Part shown: one piece after another, positions 16,379 to 26,538 of the stretch
Numbering within the stretch: position 1 is the stretch's first letter
Layout of the letters: every line of letters begins with the position of its first letter
IMG/VR virus record: IMGVR_UViG_3300050194_000006
Location: 1 to 34,198 of that record
Strand: one strand, 5' to 3'
Origin: a virus
Lineage: Duplodnaviria > Caudoviricetes
DNA length: 34,198 nt
Translations under genes and position numbers: made by a program
The notes under the pieces: model-generated
Seen by the model: only the letters and a program-made list of their open reading frames with translations
The model's database searches: none
Told to the model about the DNA's origin: nothing

Positions 16379-18654
16379 CAGATGAACTAATCTCAAACGG
16401 TTATAGTTTAGATATATCTGATACTATTCCGATTCCTGTAAGCTATGCAATAGCAGACGTTAAAGAACCAAGCAAGCGTAAAAAGTCTTATTCAAAAGAA
16501 ATTACGCTACCTGCAACGATGAATAACAATGCTTTCTTTGCTGGTTCATTCAGATTAACATCAAATGATAGTATAGTAAACTTTGATGCTACTGCAAAAG
16601 CTGAAATTGTACTTAAAAAACGTGGTGTTGTTGTATTAAAAGGGCTTATTAAACTAAATTCTGTTGTGATAAACGATGGAGTACCTAGTTATAAATGTCA
16701 AATATTCTCTGAATCAGTAGATATATTTCTATTATTACAGAATATTATGGTAAGTGAGTTAGATTGGAGCGCATATAATCACACTTTAAGCCGTACAAAT
16801 ATCAAAAATTCATGGACTGCAACGGCAGGAAGTGGATATTATTATCCATTAATTGACAGAAGACCTCGTTTAGGTGCTACAATTTGGAATACAACTGACT
16901 TAGTTCCGTATGTTTATGTGCGTGAAACCTTACTTAAGTGCTTTGAATTAGTTGGATTAACATGGGATTCTAATTTTTTAGATAGTTCACAGTTCAAAAA
17001 TATACTGTTTGGTTATGGTGGTGGTGAGATTAGAACATTACCACCTGCAGAATTGAATAACAGAAAGGTGTTGATAGATAATGGAAACTATATCCTTTCT
17101 AAAACAATGAATGGAGGTACTGTTTATATGAACGTCGGAAATCCATTTGACCCAGATAATCAATTTTCTACGTTTACAAGTACTGAAACACAAGACCTAT
17201 ACAATCAATATGAACTTGGTGAAATAACAATACAAAGAGCAGGTGATTACACAATGGATATCAATTTAGTTCTTGACTATTCAATCACAACAGATAATAT
17301 TTTCAATTCATTTTATGCGCCTGAATTAGTGTGTTATAAAAATGGAAACCCTTATTATACAATTAGCCCTACGTCTTATTCGAATGTAGCATTAAGCGGA
17401 ACTTTAACTTTCGACGAAAACGCATCAACTGTAATAACAGCAGAAAGTGGTGATATATTTACATTTAAGTTTCGTGCAGGTATAATAAGCAGTTATACAG
17501 ATTATGACGACCCTGCATATTATAACGGACAGCCACCGTTTACATTGGATATGTCAACAAATGCTTTAAGCCCTACGTCTATTCATTTGACTTGTAATAA
17601 TAGCACAATAACAGATGGCGAAACTGTACTTTTAAATCAGTTCTTGCCATCAATGAAGTGTAGTGATTTTATGTTGAATTGTATTCGTCAATTTAATTTA
17701 TACATATCAGACCCCTCAGAAAGTGGAGTATGTAAGATTGAACCATTAAGTGATTACTACCAACAAACAAATGTATTCACAGATATTACAGATATTGTTG
17801 ATAACGATAAAGAAATTCAGATTCGACCAAGTGCAAATGAGTTTAAAAAGAATATTCTATTTCAATTTAAGAAACAAAACCACTATGACTTTGAACAATA
17901 CTTTAACAAGTGGAATGTTGAGTACAACAACTTAAACCAAGTACAAGGTAGTTACTACGCTAAAGGTGATTACAAAGTAGATTTAACGTGGGCTACAATT
18001 ATACCTTATGAAGTGTCTAGCGGTATTTTAGTGCCTAGATTTATTAAGATTGAAAACAATACAGTAAAACCGAATAATGGCGATCCAATTATCTGTTTCC
18101 GTAATGGAAGTAAAACAGGTGCGTGGACTTTTAAAGATACGGTTGGAAGCGGTCAAGAAGTACTAACTACTTATCCATGTATTCACCATTTCAATAATTG
18201 GACTAACCCGACATTCGATTTATCATTTCAGCTTACAAATGAATTGTACTATATAGCAAATAAGATAACGACTAACAACTGTTACAGTACTTACTACTTT
18301 GATTTTGTTAACGAAATGACAAATCGTGCAGGTCAAATTGTAAAGTTATACGTATATTGGAAAGCACTTGATGTAAGGAATTTAGACTTTAGTAAATTCT
18401 TAATGATAAATGGTGCGTTATTTCGATTGAATGAAGTAAACGAATTTGCACCCGAATCAGAAGATAGTACACAGATTGAATTGATTAAAGTATTAAAGGC
18501 AAAGAAAAAGAATAGACAAAATTTAACAATACCAAGAGTAGCACCCGTTGGAGTTGGAATGGCTAGCAGTCCAGTAGGTGTTGGAATAGATACAGGAGTT
18601 TCAAGCGGTGGAAAAGATACCGTTTTAGTTTATAGTAATTTAAGTAAAGGATAA
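16375..18654 (+). CDS. tail tip / baseplate hub-like protein
   Basis: 759 aa; IADVKEP...SYSKEITLP N-terminus, YYPLID, FNLYI, INGALFRLN C-terminus. Confidence 0.65.
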   Translation: MTDELISNGYSLDISDTIPIPVSYAIADVKEPSKRKKSYSKEITLPATMNNNAFFAGSFRLTSNDSIVNFDATAKAEIVLKKRGVVVLKGLIKLNSVVINDGVPSYKCQIFSESVDIFLLLQNIMVSELDWSAYNHTLSRTNIKNSWTATAGSGYYYPLIDRRPRLGATIWNTTDLVPYVYVRETLLKCFELVGLTWDSNFLDSSQFKNILFGYGGGEIRTLPPAELNNRKVLIDNGNYILSKTMNGGTVYMNVGNPFDPDNQFSTFTSTETQDLYNQYELGEITIQRAGDYTMDINLVLDYSITTDNIFNSFYAPELVCYKNGNPYYTISPTSYSNVALSGTLTFDENASTVITAESGDIFTFKFRAGIISSYTDYDDPAYYNGQPPFTLDMSTNALSPTSIHLTCNNSTITDGETVLLNQFLPSMKCSDFMLNCIRQFNLYISDPSESGVCKIEPLSDYYQQTNVFTDITDIVDNDKEIQIRPSANEFKKNILFQFKKQNHYDFEQYFNKWNVEYNNLNQVQGSYYAKGDYKVDLTWATIIPYEVSSGILVPRFIKIENNTVKPNNGDPIICFRNGSKTGAWTFKDTVGSGQEVLTTYPCIHHFNNWTNPTFDLSFQLTNELYYIANKITTNNCYSTYYFDFVNEMTNRAGQIVKLYVYWKALDVRNLDFSKFLMINGALFRLNEVNEFAPESEDSTQIELIKVLKAKKKNRQNLTIPRVAPVGVGMASSPVGVGIDTGVSSGGKDTVLVYSNLSKG

Positions 18655-18658
18655 AAAT

Positions 18659-19186
18659 ATGTGCCAAGATAAATTTGAAAGAAGACAGATAAAAATGGGT
18701 TCAGGAGTTCCAACAATTCCTGCAAGTACTGACCATAGAAACGGAGATTGGATAGCTACCGATATTTACGATGGGGAGTTGTATATGGATACTAATACGG
18801 GTTTGACTTATACGAGGAATGGTGCTTCAATAATTCCTGCGGGTAGTGGTGCTGAAAACTTTGCAAATGCAGATTTGACATTAACAGCAATAAGAACACA
18901 TGACTTGAATAGCTTTGGTGTGCTTTTTGAAAATGGTTCAGTAGGCATTGATTCAACAGGTGTTACCGTAGATTCATTTTCAGTTATTACGGATAACTCA
19001 AACTTATCTTATAGTGCTATTGTTGTTGAAAATACAAATAGTGGGAATGCTTTTGTTGTTAACGATGGTTTAATAAAGTTTTTAAATATGCCTGTATATG
19101 CAAATGAAGCTGGTGCAGTAGGTGGTGGACTTGCAACAGGAACACTATATAAAACCGCAACAGGTGAACTAAGAATTAAACTTTAA
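18659..19186 (+). CDS. short tail fibre/spike-like protein
   Basis: N-terminal PT...IYDGELYMDT anchor motif; C-terminal YANEAGAVGGGL..G.LY. Confidence 0.55.
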   Translation: MCQDKFERRQIKMGSGVPTIPASTDHRNGDWIATDIYDGELYMDTNTGLTYTRNGASIIPAGSGAENFANADLTLTAIRTHDLNSFGVLFENGSVGIDSTGVTVDSFSVITDNSNLSYSAIVVENTNSGNAFVVNDGLIKFLNMPVYANEAGAVGGGLATGTLYKTATGELRIKL

Positions 19187-19514
19187 CCAATTTAACACCA
19201 CTAACATTGAACGTTAAAACACCAATTTCTAAAGTATCTCTATCCGTTCTAATCATGTACGGTATAGTTTGGCTTTCGTTTTGGGTTAACGTGCTAAAAC
19301 CGAATGATTGGTGCAGGCAAGGATTTGAATATGTATCAAAAGAATACGATTCTAAACCGTTCACTTCAATTGTTAGTTGTATATATCCTTCGTTAAATCT
19401 TTCATTCACATACGATGCTCGAAAGTCAACAGTTGATTTTAATAGATTGTTTGGTTTAATTTCTTTTGAACATGAAAACAACCCAACAGCGAGTAACAAC
19501 AATACCTTTTTCAT
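19176..19514 (-). CDS. lipoprotein moron (possible superinfection exclusion)
   Basis: MKKVLLLLAVGLFSC signal with lipobox; the only credible minus-strand gene; has its own promoter. Confidence 0.75.
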   Translation of the reverse strand: MKKVLLLLAVGLFSCSKEIKPNNLLKSTVDFRASYVNERFNEGYIQLTIEVNGLESYSFDTYSNPCLHQSFGFSTLTQNESQTIPYMIRTDRDTLEIGVLTFNVSGVKLVKV

Positions 19515-19537
19515 AATTAATTTATTTGTTTATAATA

Positions 19538-19545
19538 CAAACGTA
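19538..19545 (-). promoter_or_regulatory. Bacteroidota -7 box for the lipoprotein moron
   Basis: TACGTTTG on the minus strand, 23 nt upstream of the ATG. Confidence 0.6.
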
Positions 19546-19568
19546 TTAAATAATTCAATACAAAACAC

Positions 19569-21650
19569 ATGGCAGAAGAAATAATTTTTAAGACCTCAGT
19601 CGATACAGGTACAACTGCGAACGATTTACAAGCAATTGATAAGGAATTAAAGAACATTGACGGCACTACTAAGAATACTAGTAATGACTTAAATAAAACC
19701 TTTGACGACCTTAACAAGCGTGTTGAAAGTGGCACTATGTCTGTGAAGCAGACTATTAAAGCTATTAAAGAGTATCAAAATATAGCGTTAAAAAGTTCGG
19801 AAAATTCACCAATAGGAATAGAAGCTGTAAAACGTGCAGGGGAGTTGTCAGATAAAATTGGTGATTTACGAGCGACTATAAATATTGCCGCTACTGATGG
19901 TGCCAAAATGAAAGCGGCAATGCAGATTGGCTCAACAGTTATAGCTGGTTACGGTGCGTTAACAGGAGTACAAGCGTTGTTAGGTCAAGAGAATGAAAAC
20001 CTTACTAAATCACTTGTTAAGTTGCAAGCCGTTCAAGCTGTATTAGCATCACTTGAAGAAATACGAGGGGCATTAGAGAAAGAATCATTCTTGATGCAAA
20101 AGGCTAAGACTTTACAAACTTGGTTACTCACAACTGCAACAGGTGCTTATGCTACCGTAGTGGGAACATCAACAGGTGCAATGAAGTTGTTTAAGATTGC
20201 ATTAGCATCAACAGGTATTGGATTGTTCATCGTTGCTTTGGGTGCAGTAGTAGCGAATTTCGATAAGCTGAAAACTAAAACCGCACAAGTTAGCGCACAA
20301 TTTCAAGATGCTTATAAGTCATTTGCCAATAAATACCCCGAAGCAAGTAAAGTAATTAAGACAGCTTTAGAGGTTGCGTTTTTTCCGATTACGATTACTA
20401 TTAAATCACTTCAAAAGTTATACGATCTATTTACAGGTACAACAGAAGCAAGTAGAAAAGTGAGTGCAGTACAAGCTGAAAACCATGCCAAACATATAAA
20501 ACAATTAGATGAGGAAGCAAAAGCACGTGAAGAAAATATTAAAGGCATTGATAGAAAAATTGCGTTACTAGAAGCTGAAGGTAAAAGTACTATTGCATTG
20601 CGTGAAGAAAAGATTAAACTTCAAAAGCAAGAAGCAGAAGCAAACCTAGCATTTGCCAAATATATGAAGGGTCGAATGGAGGGCAATGATATATTCGAAC
20701 AATCATTTCAAGACATGGTTTCAGCGGCTGAGGATTCACTTAATACGATTGAAGTATCGGAAGCAAAACTAAACAAAGAAAAGAAAGACCTCGCTAAAGA
20801 ACGTAACGATGAAGCAAAAGCAGAAGCGGATAAAGCACTAGAAATTCAGAAGGATAAAAACGCACAAGAACTAGAAGCATACATAGATAAGAGAGATGCT
20901 GAACGTCAAATGCGTTTAGATGAACAAGCGTGGGGTGAAGAACAAGAAGCACTAGCTAAAGAAGCACAAGCATTAAAGGACGAACAAGCACAGCAATTAC
21001 AATGGGAGAAAGAAGCGGCAGATGCTTTAATACTTAGTAATCGAATCAAAGCAGAACAAGAAACAAACGCACAAATACTAGAAGACCATAGAAAGTTAAA
21101 CGATGCAAAAGTTCAGATTGCACAAATGGGTGCTAAGTCTTTAAATGATTTAGCTGAGGGTGTATTTGCGGTTGCTAATCGTTTCGGTGCGCAAGATGAA
21201 AAGAGTAAAGACCAAAGAGCAAGACGACAGTTTAAAGTGGCAAAGGCTTTAAGTTTAGCTACTGCAACTATTGATGGTATTCAAACAACTATTGCCGCAT
21301 TTAGAAACGGTATGCAAAATCCTATACCATTACTAGGTCCTGCAACTGCGGCTGTGTATGCAGGTGCGGCAGCTATTACTTCAGCGGCTAACATTGCTAA
21401 GATTGCTAGTACTCAGTACGGTGGTGGTGGCGGTGGTGTGGGTAGTTCTGGCGGTGGTTCGGTAAGTCCTCCAACAACTGCGCCTAATATGCCAAATCCA
21501 CAACTTGCAAACGCTCAAACAACTTTGACGAGTGGCATAGGCAATGAACAACCTAAATCAAACATCGGAAAAGTATTTGTTGTTGACTCAGAAATCACAG
21601 CAAAACAAAACCAAACAGCTAATACATTAAGTATTGCTACGGTTGGTTAG
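19569..21650 (+). CDS. tape measure protein
   Basis: 693 aa, Ala-rich, helical/coiled coil; ALASTGIGLFIVALG; NIAKIASTQY plus Gly-rich tail and VFVVDSEIT. Confidence 0.85.
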   Translation: MAEEIIFKTSVDTGTTANDLQAIDKELKNIDGTTKNTSNDLNKTFDDLNKRVESGTMSVKQTIKAIKEYQNIALKSSENSPIGIEAVKRAGELSDKIGDLRATINIAATDGAKMKAAMQIGSTVIAGYGALTGVQALLGQENENLTKSLVKLQAVQAVLASLEEIRGALEKESFLMQKAKTLQTWLLTTATGAYATVVGTSTGAMKLFKIALASTGIGLFIVALGAVVANFDKLKTKTAQVSAQFQDAYKSFANKYPEASKVIKTALEVAFFPITITIKSLQKLYDLFTGTTEASRKVSAVQAENHAKHIKQLDEEAKAREENIKGIDRKIALLEAEGKSTIALREEKIKLQKQEAEANLAFAKYMKGRMEGNDIFEQSFQDMVSAAEDSLNTIEVSEAKLNKEKKDLAKERNDEAKAEADKALEIQKDKNAQELEAYIDKRDAERQMRLDEQAWGEEQEALAKEAQALKDEQAQQLQWEKEAADALILSNRIKAEQETNAQILEDHRKLNDAKVQIAQMGAKSLNDLAEGVFAVANRFGAQDEKSKDQRARRQFKVAKALSLATATIDGIQTTIAAFRNGMQNPIPLLGPATAAVYAGAAAITSAANIAKIASTQYGGGGGGVGSSGGGSVSPPTTAPNMPNPQLANAQTTLTSGIGNEQPKSNIGKVFVVDSEITAKQNQTANTLSIATVG

Positions 21651-21678
21651 GGTCGAATTTTTAATAAATGTTATATTA
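21649..21678 (+). promoter_or_regulatory. candidate late promoter, copy 2
   Basis: AGGGTCG-N13-TGTTATATTA upstream of the head genes. Confidence 0.5.
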
Positions 21679-21686
21679 ATATAGAT

Positions 21687-22769
21687 ATGTTACCATTTTT
21701 CAAAATAGTAGTTAACGAAAATGACGAAACAGGAATTGATTTTAATTCCTTCGTCGATGCTCCTGCTCACATGAAAGCCTTTATAGCTTTCGGTAAAAAC
21801 CAAGTACGTTACGAATTTAACGAAGAAAAAAGAATTGTTACAGGTGTAATGATTTCGGCAGGCACTCCAATATACAGAAATTCGCCTGACATAGGTGAAC
21901 ACTATGTAGTATTTGATGCCCCAACGATTGACCTTATACGTAGAAAATTCTTTAAAAACGGATTTATTCAAAACGTAAACAAACAACACAATTCTAAAGA
22001 CGTAATTAAAGGTGCTACGTTAATTGATTCTTATATCGTTTCAAATAGCGACCCTAAACTACCGAACGTTCCTGAAGCATTTACACAAATGAATCTGCAT
22101 GATGGCAGTTGGATTGCTTCGTATTACGTTGAAGACAATGTGTTGTGGGATGATGTGAAAAGTGGCAAGTTCGTAGGCTTCTCTGTTGAAGGATGGTTCG
22201 AAAAAAAACAAATTAAAGTTAAAACAAAGATGAGTAAACAAAACAAATCGTTTTTGCAAATCATGAAGGATATGTTTAATGACAATCCTGAGACTGCAAC
22301 AACAGAAGAAGTTACGTTTTCTGAAGCTACTACCTCAGAAGGTACAGTTGTGTTTTACGATGGTGAATTAGCAGAAGGCACTTTACTAACAATTGAGTTA
22401 GATGGTGTTAAAGTTCCTGCACCTGGAGGAGAACATCAATTGACACTTGCTGATGGTACAGTGAAAGTTGTAACGTTGGATGGTACAGGTGCAATTGTTT
22501 CTATTGTAGATGCAATGGAAGAGCAACCTGAAGAAGTACCAACAGAATTAAGCGCAGAAGTGGCGGAAGTATTAGCAAAAACTATTAAAGGTGTTGATGC
22601 TAAGTTCGCTGAATTTGAAGCTAAGTTCACAGCGATCGCAAAAGAAAACGAAACACTAAAAGCGGAAATCGAAACTTTCAAATCTTCAGGAAAGTTCGGA
22701 GCAAATCCAAAGAAAGTTGAAGAGCAAAAAACAAAAAGTTACAAAGACTTACTAAAAGAAACAAAATGA
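21687..22769 (+). CDS. prohead protease (XkdF-like) fused to scaffold
   Basis: FVDAPA, EKRIVTG, NKQH, GSW, VKSGKFVGFSVEG; acidic/coiled-coil C-terminal half. Confidence 0.8.
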   Translation: MLPFFKIVVNENDETGIDFNSFVDAPAHMKAFIAFGKNQVRYEFNEEKRIVTGVMISAGTPIYRNSPDIGEHYVVFDAPTIDLIRRKFFKNGFIQNVNKQHNSKDVIKGATLIDSYIVSNSDPKLPNVPEAFTQMNLHDGSWIASYYVEDNVLWDDVKSGKFVGFSVEGWFEKKQIKVKTKMSKQNKSFLQIMKDMFNDNPETATTEEVTFSEATTSEGTVVFYDGELAEGTLLTIELDGVKVPAPGGEHQLTLADGTVKVVTLDGTGAIVSIVDAMEEQPEEVPTELSAEVAEVLAKTIKGVDAKFAEFEAKFTAIAKENETLKAEIETFKSSGKFGANPKKVEEQKTKSYKDLLKETK

Positions 22770-23740
22770 AAAAACTTAATCAAATTGTAAAAGACAGATT
22801 TGCTTATGATGTATCTGATTTGACGTCATACACAGATGAGCAATCAACTAATATGTTAACTGACTTAGTTTATAATGCAGGGTTAACACCACGTATTTCT
22901 GTAATGGAAGGCGTAAAAGGTTCAGAAAAAATTAAATTGTTGGAATCAGCACCAGTTGTTCAAGCGGCTTCATCTTGTGGATGGAATGCTTCAGGTGGTA
23001 TTGTTTTGACAAACGAAACTTTAACTACTGAGCGTGTTAAAATTCAAGAAGAGTACTGTAACGAAGACTTGAACGGAACTTGGGCGCAGTTGATGAATGC
23101 GGCAGGTGCTAATCGTCAAGACCAAGAAGCTCCATTCTCTGACATCATGGCATCTTACTACGTTAAGAAAGCGGCTAAAGCTAACCAAGATTTGATGTTG
23201 AAAGGTGATACTACATCACTTGTGCCTTCATTGGCTCACTATGATGGGTTTATTAAAAAATGGGATGCGGATGCTGATTTGATTACATACACTTCTACGC
23301 AAACATCATTGACTAGTTCAAATGCTTTGGATGTTGCTTTAGGATTGTACAACACTATCGACCCTGTATTATTTGATAACGGTGTTAATGTTGAAATTAT
23401 CGTAGGGCGTGAAACATTCCGTAAAATCATTGAGCAAAACTACAATGATAACAACTACAACTACACAATTTCAGAAGAAGCAGGAGTTGAGCCTTCATTC
23501 ATTTTACCAACTACTAACATTCGAGTTCGTGCTTATTCTCAATTGAATGGTACTTCTAAAATGTATGCAGTACCTTATGATTATATGTTCTTCGGTACAG
23601 ATTTAGAAGGTGATTTCGAAGGGTTTGAGTTTAAATACAATGAGCATGACGAAAAATTACGTTTCGGTGTAAAATGGCGTTCAGGTGTTTCTTATGTATT
23701 CCCTCAATACTTTACTAAATTAGCATTAGCTATCTCTTAA
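22766..23740 (+). CDS. major capsid protein
   Basis: 324 aa directly after the scaffold; C.W.ASG, EEYCNEDL, YDGFIK, FGTDL motifs. Confidence 0.85.
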   Translation: MKKLNQIVKDRFAYDVSDLTSYTDEQSTNMLTDLVYNAGLTPRISVMEGVKGSEKIKLLESAPVVQAASSCGWNASGGIVLTNETLTTERVKIQEEYCNEDLNGTWAQLMNAAGANRQDQEAPFSDIMASYYVKKAAKANQDLMLKGDTTSLVPSLAHYDGFIKKWDADADLITYTSTQTSLTSSNALDVALGLYNTIDPVLFDNGVNVEIIVGRETFRKIIEQNYNDNNYNYTISEEAGVEPSFILPTTNIRVRAYSQLNGTSKMYAVPYDYMFFGTDLEGDFEGFEFKYNEHDEKLRFGVKWRSGVSYVFPQYFTKLALAIS

Positions 23741-23751
23741 TTTTATAGAAT

Positions 23752-24282
23752 ATGTGTGAGTTAACTTCAGGATATAATGCGTTATGCGACACTCAAGGCG
23801 GTGTTGAAACGTGGTACTTGTTCGCTACTAAAGATAGCGCAGGTGCAAGTAATATTGATACACTCACGATCGCAAATGGTCAAGTCTCTGCATTAACATT
23901 AGTAACGGGTAAGTACGCTTATCCGTTCAATGTTGAAATGGAAACATCGACTTTTACAGACAAGGCAGTAGGTGATAGAGCAAGTAAAGCGTATGCACGT
24001 GAACAATCAGCAACGATTGTAGCGCACGGTAATACAGCCGAAATGATTACTATGATTGAACAACTTTGTCAAGGTCGTGTAAGTGCAATTGCAAAATGTA
24101 ACGATGGAACGTATGAATTGTTATTTGCTGAAAACGGTGCTAAGGCATTAGACGAACGTGCAGTAGGTACAAAATACGAAGACATGAATGGCAACACATT
24201 GACATTAACAGGTAAAGAGAAATTAAAAGCATGCAAAATTTCTTCAGCTATTGTTGATGCGTTGTTAGAGCCAGCATCTTAA
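23752..24282 (+). CDS. major tail tube protein
   Basis: MCELTSG...CDTQGG start; DMNGNTLTLTGKE end. Confidence 0.65.
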   Translation: MCELTSGYNALCDTQGGVETWYLFATKDSAGASNIDTLTIANGQVSALTLVTGKYAYPFNVEMETSTFTDKAVGDRASKAYAREQSATIVAHGNTAEMITMIEQLCQGRVSAIAKCNDGTYELLFAENGAKALDERAVGTKYEDMNGNTLTLTGKEKLKACKISSAIVDALLEPAS

Positions 24283-24289
24283 ATAATTT

Positions 24290-24319
24290 AGGGAGTTGAA
24301 ATACACTCCCTTTATTTTT
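24290..24319 (+). terminator. intrinsic terminator after the capsid and tail tube genes
   Basis: AGGGAGT-N8-ACTCCCT followed by TTATTTTT. Confidence 0.65.
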
Positions 24320-24325
24320 CTAACT

Positions 24326-24493
24326 ATGGAAAAAATATTCGTTAAAGGTTTAGGACTTATTGAAAACAATGAGGAAAACAAACCGCTATTAATTAAAAAA
24401 GGTTTAATCGAAGATGATACTATTAAGACAAGGGCAATCAAACCCAATAGCGTTAACGTTAAGCGAGTTAAGCCAAAGCGAACTACCAAGTAA
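24326..24493 (+). CDS. small basic hypothetical protein
   Basis: ATG 24326 (MEKIFVKG) preferred over TTG 24296. Confidence 0.45.
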   Translation: MEKIFVKGLGLIENNEENKPLLIKKGLIEDDTIKTRAIKPNSVNVKRVKPKRTTK

Positions 24494-24803
24494 TTGGCTA
24501 TTCGTTTTTACATTAGAGCAATCTAGTGAATACACATACAAATTATATTTAACTGATGTATCACAATCGGTTAACAGTTACAACCTTTTTACACTTATAG
24601 AGGGTACTGATGTAACATTTCGTTCAATAGGCGACTATGAATACCAAGTTTATCAAATGCCAAACGGTGGTAGTACAGATGAAACACTAGGGCACTTAGT
24701 AGAAATTGGTAAGATGCGACTAATTGAACCAACAGAAGAGCAAATTCCTACATTTAATGTAGATACAAATACAGATATTTATGATTCGAACGCTATTTCG
24801 TGA
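24414..24803 (+). CDS. structural protein (Ig-like) upstream of the portal
   Basis: YNLFTL...GDYEYQVYQ...VEIGK. Confidence 0.6.
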   Translation: MILLRQGQSNPIALTLSELSQSELPSNWLFVFTLEQSSEYTYKLYLTDVSQSVNSYNLFTLIEGTDVTFRSIGDYEYQVYQMPNGGSTDETLGHLVEIGKMRLIEPTEEQIPTFNVDTNTDIYDSNAIS

Positions 24804-26538
24804 AGCAAATAAGCCTGAACCTACTGAGAAAATAGAGAAAAATGGTACAGTTTCCTGGGGTGTAGATAATCTTTACGCCCAATTTTTGAATGGTGCTTAC
24901 TATGACAACCCTATTCACGGTGGTATTATTAACCAAAAGGTAAAATTTATTACTTCAGGGGGTTTAACAGTAACAGGCGACCAAGGTAAATTACAGTTTG
25001 GTAGTGGTAATTCACTACAAATGTTAGTAGAATCAATCGTTTTAGACTATGAAATCGGTGATACTTTTAGTGTAATCTTCAAAAAGTCTTTAAGTAGTGG
25101 GTTATGGTATGCTGAAAACGTTGATTTTGAGTTAATACGTGCTACTGAAAACCTTGTATTCTTTGATTATTCAGATGATTGGAGTAAATCAATGACCCAA
25201 CAATCGAAAGATAAAACAGGTTATCGTAAAATTAAATCAATTCACTATGTATCACAAGAAGATACTGAGTGTATTTTTACTAATATCACAAGACCTAAAC
25301 AACGTTATCACAACGATAAAAAGAAAGTATTAACTTCTAACTATTACCCTGCGCCAAATTACTCAGGTGCTATTACTTCTATTCTTTCAGGAATCGAAAT
25401 GAGTTACTTTACTTATTCAGAAGTAGTAAACGGTTACAAAGGTGGTACATTAATAAACTTAGCTAACGGTCTACCTGAAACAGTAGGCGAAGAAGATAAG
25501 ATTATCAAACGCATCAAAGGTGAAGCATCAAATAGAGATACACAAGGCGGTTTAACAATTACGTTTTCGGATGGTCAAGATTCAGCACCAACAGTACAAC
25601 AAGTAAACGGTAATGACTTAGATAAACGTTACGACCAAACTAAGAAAACTGTACGAGATGAAATAATGGTTGCACATGGTGTGATTAGTCCTGCATTGTT
25701 TTCTGTAATGAGTGAAAGTCTTTTTGGATCTCGTGAAGAAATGGAAACGGCTTATTTGTTATTCAAAGAAAACTACGTGCAATTTAGACAACGTACAATT
25801 GAAGATTCTTTAACTTGGTGCTTCAAACGTTTAAATGGTTTCAATGGTGAAATTAAATTCAACGATTTTATGCCGTTAATTTTAAAACCTAAAGTACCTG
25901 AAGTGGTAGCAACTCCACAACCTATTGCACAAGAAAAAATGTCTGAAGAAATAGACGTTGTAGCAATGTTTGAAAAATGTGGTGTACTTAAAGACGAATA
26001 CACTATTTTAAATTCACGTGCTTACAATTCATTTGAAGATAACGAAGAAAGTTTTAAGAATGAGTTTATATTAGGAAAATTCGCTTTTGAATTAACCGAC
26101 ATTGATAGACAAATTCTACAAATGATTGACAATGGCGAAAGTTTTGATTCAATCAGTAAAGCAATTGGAAAAGGTGGTGTTTTCATTTCACAGCGTTTAC
26201 TTGCGTTGGGTGAAAACGGATTTGTTAATGATTGGGAAGTTACAGATAAAGGTAAAAAAGCGAGTGTTCCTGCAACTGAATTAGAAGTGCGTTATTCTTA
26301 CGAGTTACGTTCGAATGCACCTGACTTAGTAGCTGGTGGTTCTAGTCGTCCGTTTTGTGAAAGAATGGTAGGTTTAAACAGAATGTACACACGTGATGAA
26401 ATAAATAAAATATCAGATGCGATTAACCGTGATGTATGGACTTTTAGAGGCGGTTGGTATCATAACCCTGAAACGGATGTAAATACACCTTCATGTAGAC
26501 ATCAATGGCAACAACATATTACAGTAAAAAGTAAATGA
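24781..26538 (+). CDS. portal protein with C-terminal extension
   Basis: WGVDNLY, PIHGGII, YYPAPNY, IMVAHGVISPALF; extra wHTH and SRPFC...CRHQW region. Confidence 0.85.
   Translation: MIRTLFREANKPEPTEKIEKNGTVSWGVDNLYAQFLNGAYYDNPIHGGIINQKVKFITSGGLTVTGDQGKLQFGSGNSLQMLVESIVLDYEIGDTFSVIFKKSLSSGLWYAENVDFELIRATENLVFFDYSDDWSKSMTQQSKDKTGYRKIKSIHYVSQEDTECIFTNITRPKQRYHNDKKKVLTSNYYPAPNYSGAITSILSGIEMSYFTYSEVVNGYKGGTLINLANGLPETVGEEDKIIKRIKGEASNRDTQGGLTITFSDGQDSAPTVQQVNGNDLDKRYDQTKKTVRDEIMVAHGVISPALFSVMSESLFGSREEMETAYLLFKENYVQFRQRTIEDSLTWCFKRLNGFNGEIKFNDFMPLILKPKVPEVVATPQPIAQEKMSEEIDVVAMFEKCGVLKDEYTILNSRAYNSFEDNEESFKNEFILGKFAFELTDIDRQILQMIDNGESFDSISKAIGKGGVFISQRLLALGENGFVNDWEVTDKGKKASVPATELEVRYSYELRSNAPDLVAGGSSRPFCERMVGLNRMYTRDEINKISDAINRDVWTFRGGWYHNPETDVNTPSCRHQWQQHITVKSK

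Noticed and set aside
19207-19584. Plus-strand 125-aa ORF
   Set aside because: TTG start and antisense to a better-supported lipoprotein gene with a signal peptide and promoter.
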